Assembly (NCBI GenBank): GCA_965227515.1 | Contig: CBDDFZ010000001.1 | Span: 1,024,001-1,088,000 of the forward strand | Direction of reading: 5' to 3' | From: Alphaproteobacteria bacterium | Lineage (GTDB): Bacteria > Pseudomonadota > Alphaproteobacteria > CALKHQ01 | Length of the DNA: 64,000 bases | In this document: piece after piece, positions 61,142 through 64,000 of the stretch | Layout: every line of letters begins with the position of its first letter | Numbering within the stretch: position 1 is the stretch's first letter | Notes under the pieces: model-generated | The model's database searches: none | The model's input: only the letters and a program-made list of their open reading frames with translations | Told to the model about the DNA's origin: nothing | Position numbers and translations under genes: made by a program

Positions 61142-63562
61142 ATGGCCATCAAGAAGTCAGAACTCTACGCCTCGCTGTGGGCCAGTTGCGACGAGTTGCG
61201 CGGCGGCATGGATGCCAGCCAGTACAAGGACTACGTCCTGGTGCTGCTGTTCATCCGCTACATAAGCGACAAGTATGCCGGCGTGCCCTATGCGCCGATC
61301 ACGGTACCCGAGGGCGCCAGCTTCAAGGACATGGTCGCCCTGAAGGGCAAGCCGGACATCGGCGATCAGATCAACAAGAAGATCATCGGTCCGCTGGCCA
61401 ACGCGAACCAAGAGCTGTCGCAGTCCGACTTCCCCGACTTTAACGACCACACCAAGCTGGGCAGCGGCAAGGAGATGGTTGACCGGCTGACCAACCTGGT
61501 CGCTATCTTCGAGCGCAAGGCGCTGGATTTCTCCAGGAACCGGGCCGACGGCGACGACATCCTGGGCGACGCCTACGAGTATCTGATGCGCCACTTCGCC
61601 ACCGAGAGCGGCAAGAGCAAGGGCCAGTTCTACACGCCGGCCGAGGTAAGCCGGGTGATGTCCCAGATCATCGGCATCCGAAGCGCCGTCACCGGGCCCG
61701 ACACCACCGTCTACGACCCGACCTGCGGCTCCGGGTCGCTGCTGCTGAAGGTGGCCGACGAGGCGAGAACCACGGTCACGCTCTACGGCCAGGAGAAGGA
61801 CGCCACCACCAGCGGCTTGGCGCGAATGAACATGATCCTGCACAACGTGCCTACTGCGCTGATCATGCAGGGCAACACGCTGACCGACCCGAAGTACAGG
61901 GACGGCGAGGCCCTGAAGACCTTTGACTACGTCGTCGCCAATCCGCCCTTCTCGGACAAGCGCTGGAGCACGGGGCTCGACCCGCTGCACGACCCGCATC
62001 ATCGCTTCCAGCCGTTCGGCGTGCCGCCGGCCAAGCAGGGCGACTATGCCTATCTGCTGCACATCGTGCGATCGCTGAAGAGCACGGGCGCCGGCGCCTG
62101 CATCCTGCCGCATGGCGTGCTGTTCCGAGGCCATGCCGAGGCCGACATCCGCCGGGCCCTGGTGCGCAAGGGCTACATCAAGGGCATCATCGGGCTGCCG
62201 GCCAACCTGTTCTACGGGACCGGCATCCCGGCCTGTATCGTCGTGGTCGACAAGCGCGACGCCGCGGCCCGCGAGGGCATCTTCATGATCGACGCCAGAG
62301 CCGGGTTCATGAAGGACGGGCCGAAGAACCGGCTTCGGTCCCAGGACATCCACAAGATCGTCGACGCCTTCAACCGGCAGCAGGAGATCCCGAGCTATGC
62401 CCGCATGGTCGGCTACGCCGAGATCAGGAAGAATGACTTCAACCTCAACATCCCGCGCTACATCGACAGCCGGCAGCCGGAGGACCTGCAGGACATCGAG
62501 GGCCACCTGAAGGGCGGGATCCCGGTCTCCGACATCGATGCGCTGCAGCGCTACTGGGACGTCTGTCGCGGCCTCAGGACAACCCTGTTCCGGGACAACC
62601 GCCCCGGCTACGTTGACCTCGCTGTCGACAAGGCGGAAATCAACGCAACGATCTACGGCCATCCTGAGTTCTCTGCCTTCGTCGCAGACATGAACACCCA
62701 CTTCGCCGCCTGGAGGGACCGCAGCGCCGCGACTCTGAAGGCTCTCGCCGCCGGGTGCGACCCGAAGCAGGTGGTCTTCGACCTTTCGGAGGACCTGCTG
62801 GCGCACTATGGCGGCAAGCCGCTGATTAACGGCTACGACGTCTACCAGCACCTGATGGACTATTGGGCCGACACGATGCAGGACGACTGCTACCTGATCG
62901 CCGCCGACGGCTGGCGGGCCGAGACCTATCGCGTCATCGAGACAGTCAAGAGCGGCAAGAAGAAGGGCCAGGAGAAGGACGTAGGCTGGGCGTGCGATCT
63001 GGTTCCCAAGCCCTTCATTGTCGAACGGTATTTTGCAGACGAGCAGGAAGAAATCGAGCTGCTCACCGCTGACATCGAAAGTGTCATCGCGCAGCTGGCC
63101 GAACTGGAGGAGGAGCACGGCGGAGAGGACGGCGCATTTTCCGAGTTCGAGAAGGTCAACAAGGCCAACGTAGCGGCTCGCCTAAAGGAGATCCGGGGCG
63201 ACAGGGACGCTAGAGACGAGGCCGCCGCGCTCAATGACTGGATCAAGTTCGACAGGCAAGAGACCGATCTCAAGAAGCGTTTGAAGGATGCTGAGGCCGC
63301 GCTCGACGCCAAGGCTTACGCCCACTATCCGAAACTGACCGAGCCCGAGGTCAAGGCGCTGGTGGTGGACGACAAGTGGCTCGCCACACTGGATGCAGCC
63401 ATCCATGGCGATATGAATCGCGTGAGCCAGCAGCTCTCTACGCGCGTGAAAGAGCTTGTTGAACGATACGAGACAGCTCTGCCGCAATTGGCCAACCGCG
63501 TGGCGGAACTTGAAGACAAGATAAAACACCATCTCGAAAGGATGGGGTTTGCATGGACCTAA
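61142..63562 (+). CDS. hsdM: type I R-M methyltransferase subunit
   Basis: LWASCDELRG, GQFYTP, YDPTCGSGSLL, ANPPF, LPHGVLFRG. Confidence 0.95.
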   Translation: MAIKKSELYASLWASCDELRGGMDASQYKDYVLVLLFIRYISDKYAGVPYAPITVPEGASFKDMVALKGKPDIGDQINKKIIGPLANANQELSQSDFPDFNDHTKLGSGKEMVDRLTNLVAIFERKALDFSRNRADGDDILGDAYEYLMRHFATESGKSKGQFYTPAEVSRVMSQIIGIRSAVTGPDTTVYDPTCGSGSLLLKVADEARTTVTLYGQEKDATTSGLARMNMILHNVPTALIMQGNTLTDPKYRDGEALKTFDYVVANPPFSDKRWSTGLDPLHDPHHRFQPFGVPPAKQGDYAYLLHIVRSLKSTGAGACILPHGVLFRGHAEADIRRALVRKGYIKGIIGLPANLFYGTGIPACIVVVDKRDAAAREGIFMIDARAGFMKDGPKNRLRSQDIHKIVDAFNRQQEIPSYARMVGYAEIRKNDFNLNIPRYIDSRQPEDLQDIEGHLKGGIPVSDIDALQRYWDVCRGLRTTLFRDNRPGYVDLAVDKAEINATIYGHPEFSAFVADMNTHFAAWRDRSAATLKALAAGCDPKQVVFDLSEDLLAHYGGKPLINGYDVYQHLMDYWADTMQDDCYLIAADGWRAETYRVIETVKSGKKKGQEKDVGWACDLVPKPFIVERYFADEQEEIELLTADIESVIAQLAELEEEHGGEDGAFSEFEKVNKANVAARLKEIRGDRDARDEAAALNDWIKFDRQETDLKKRLKDAEAALDAKAYAHYPKLTEPEVKALVVDDKWLATLDAAIHGDMNRVSQQLSTRVKELVERYETALPQLANRVAELEDKIKHHLERMGFAWT

Positions 63563-64000
63563 GCAACGAGTATAAGAAGACAGAGTTGGGAAGACTTCCA
63601 AAGAATTGGAAGATTGAACCTGCGCGCAACTTTTCGACAATAAGAACAGGTCCATTTGGAACAGTCCTCAAGGCATCAGAGTATTCAAAGACAAGCGGTG
63701 TACCGCTTATCTCAGTCGGCGAAATTCGCGAAGGATTCCTGGAAATTTCCGACCGCACGCCGCTCGTTTCTGACGTTGTCACGCGACGACTGCCTCAGTA
63801 TGTCTTAAGAGGGGGCGACATCGTTTTTGGAAGAAAAGGTGCAGTTGATAGGTCTTCGTTAATAAGAGAGTGGCAAGCCGGTTGGTTCTTAGGATCTGAT
63901 GGCATATACATGAGGCTGAACATAGATTTACATGAGGCCTATGTAGCATATCAATTTCAGAGCGCGCGTGTCCAAAGTTGGCTTCTTCAGTACGCTCTCG
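63553..64000 (+). CDS. hsdS: type I R-M specificity subunit (runs off right edge)
   Basis: Not in ORF track. Manual translation MDLSNEYKKTELGRLPKNW..IRTGPFGT..GVPLISVGEI..GDIVFGRKGAV; overlaps hsdM stop. Confidence 0.9.
   Translation, partial: MDLSNEYKKTELGRLPKNWKIEPARNFSTIRTGPFGTVLKASEYSKTSGVPLISVGEIREGFLEISDRTPLVSDVVTRRLPQYVLRGGDIVFGRKGAVDRSSLIREWQAGWFLGSDGIYMRLNIDLHEAYVAYQFQSARVQSWLLQYAL

Noticed and set aside
57259-64000. Prophage call for the island
   Set aside because: No capsid, Zot-like ATPase, terminase or integrase recognised within the window

Overview
GC-rich alphaproteobacterial chromosome segment (Rhodospirillales-like, inferred from zapA-6S RNA-ygfA synteny, aapJQMP and etfBA-hbd). 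Bases 1-48 kb are mostly core or catabolic: an Ada-type Zn-domain gene, a DUF427-adenylate cyclase fusion, phnM/DUF1045/phnCDE, D-lyxose isomerase between two paralogous Cys-rich lipoproteins, modABC, aapJQMP, an IS630, ymdB-ygfA-6S-zapA, tkt-gap-metW, an MNT-HEPN pair, hbd/etfAB, ilvD, acetolactate synthase, a Pot-like ABC system and a PepSY/two-component locus. Intergenic DNA carries several palindromic repeat families. One is a MITE-like family whose ends match the resident IS630 and which sits on TAG stop codons. From about 48 kb the DNA looks accessory: a sugar ABC cluster with an unknown 480-aa protein and an HTH-solute-binding fusion regulator, then pseudogene debris. From 57.2 kb there is a lower-GC, single-strand island: two unknown genes, a small ORF, a SpoVG-like protein, a rolling-circle Rep-like protein and type I R-M hsdM/hsdS (cut by the window edge). 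This island is the best candidate for an undescribed system. All calls come from reading motifs by eye; no searches were run, and start codons are best estimates.
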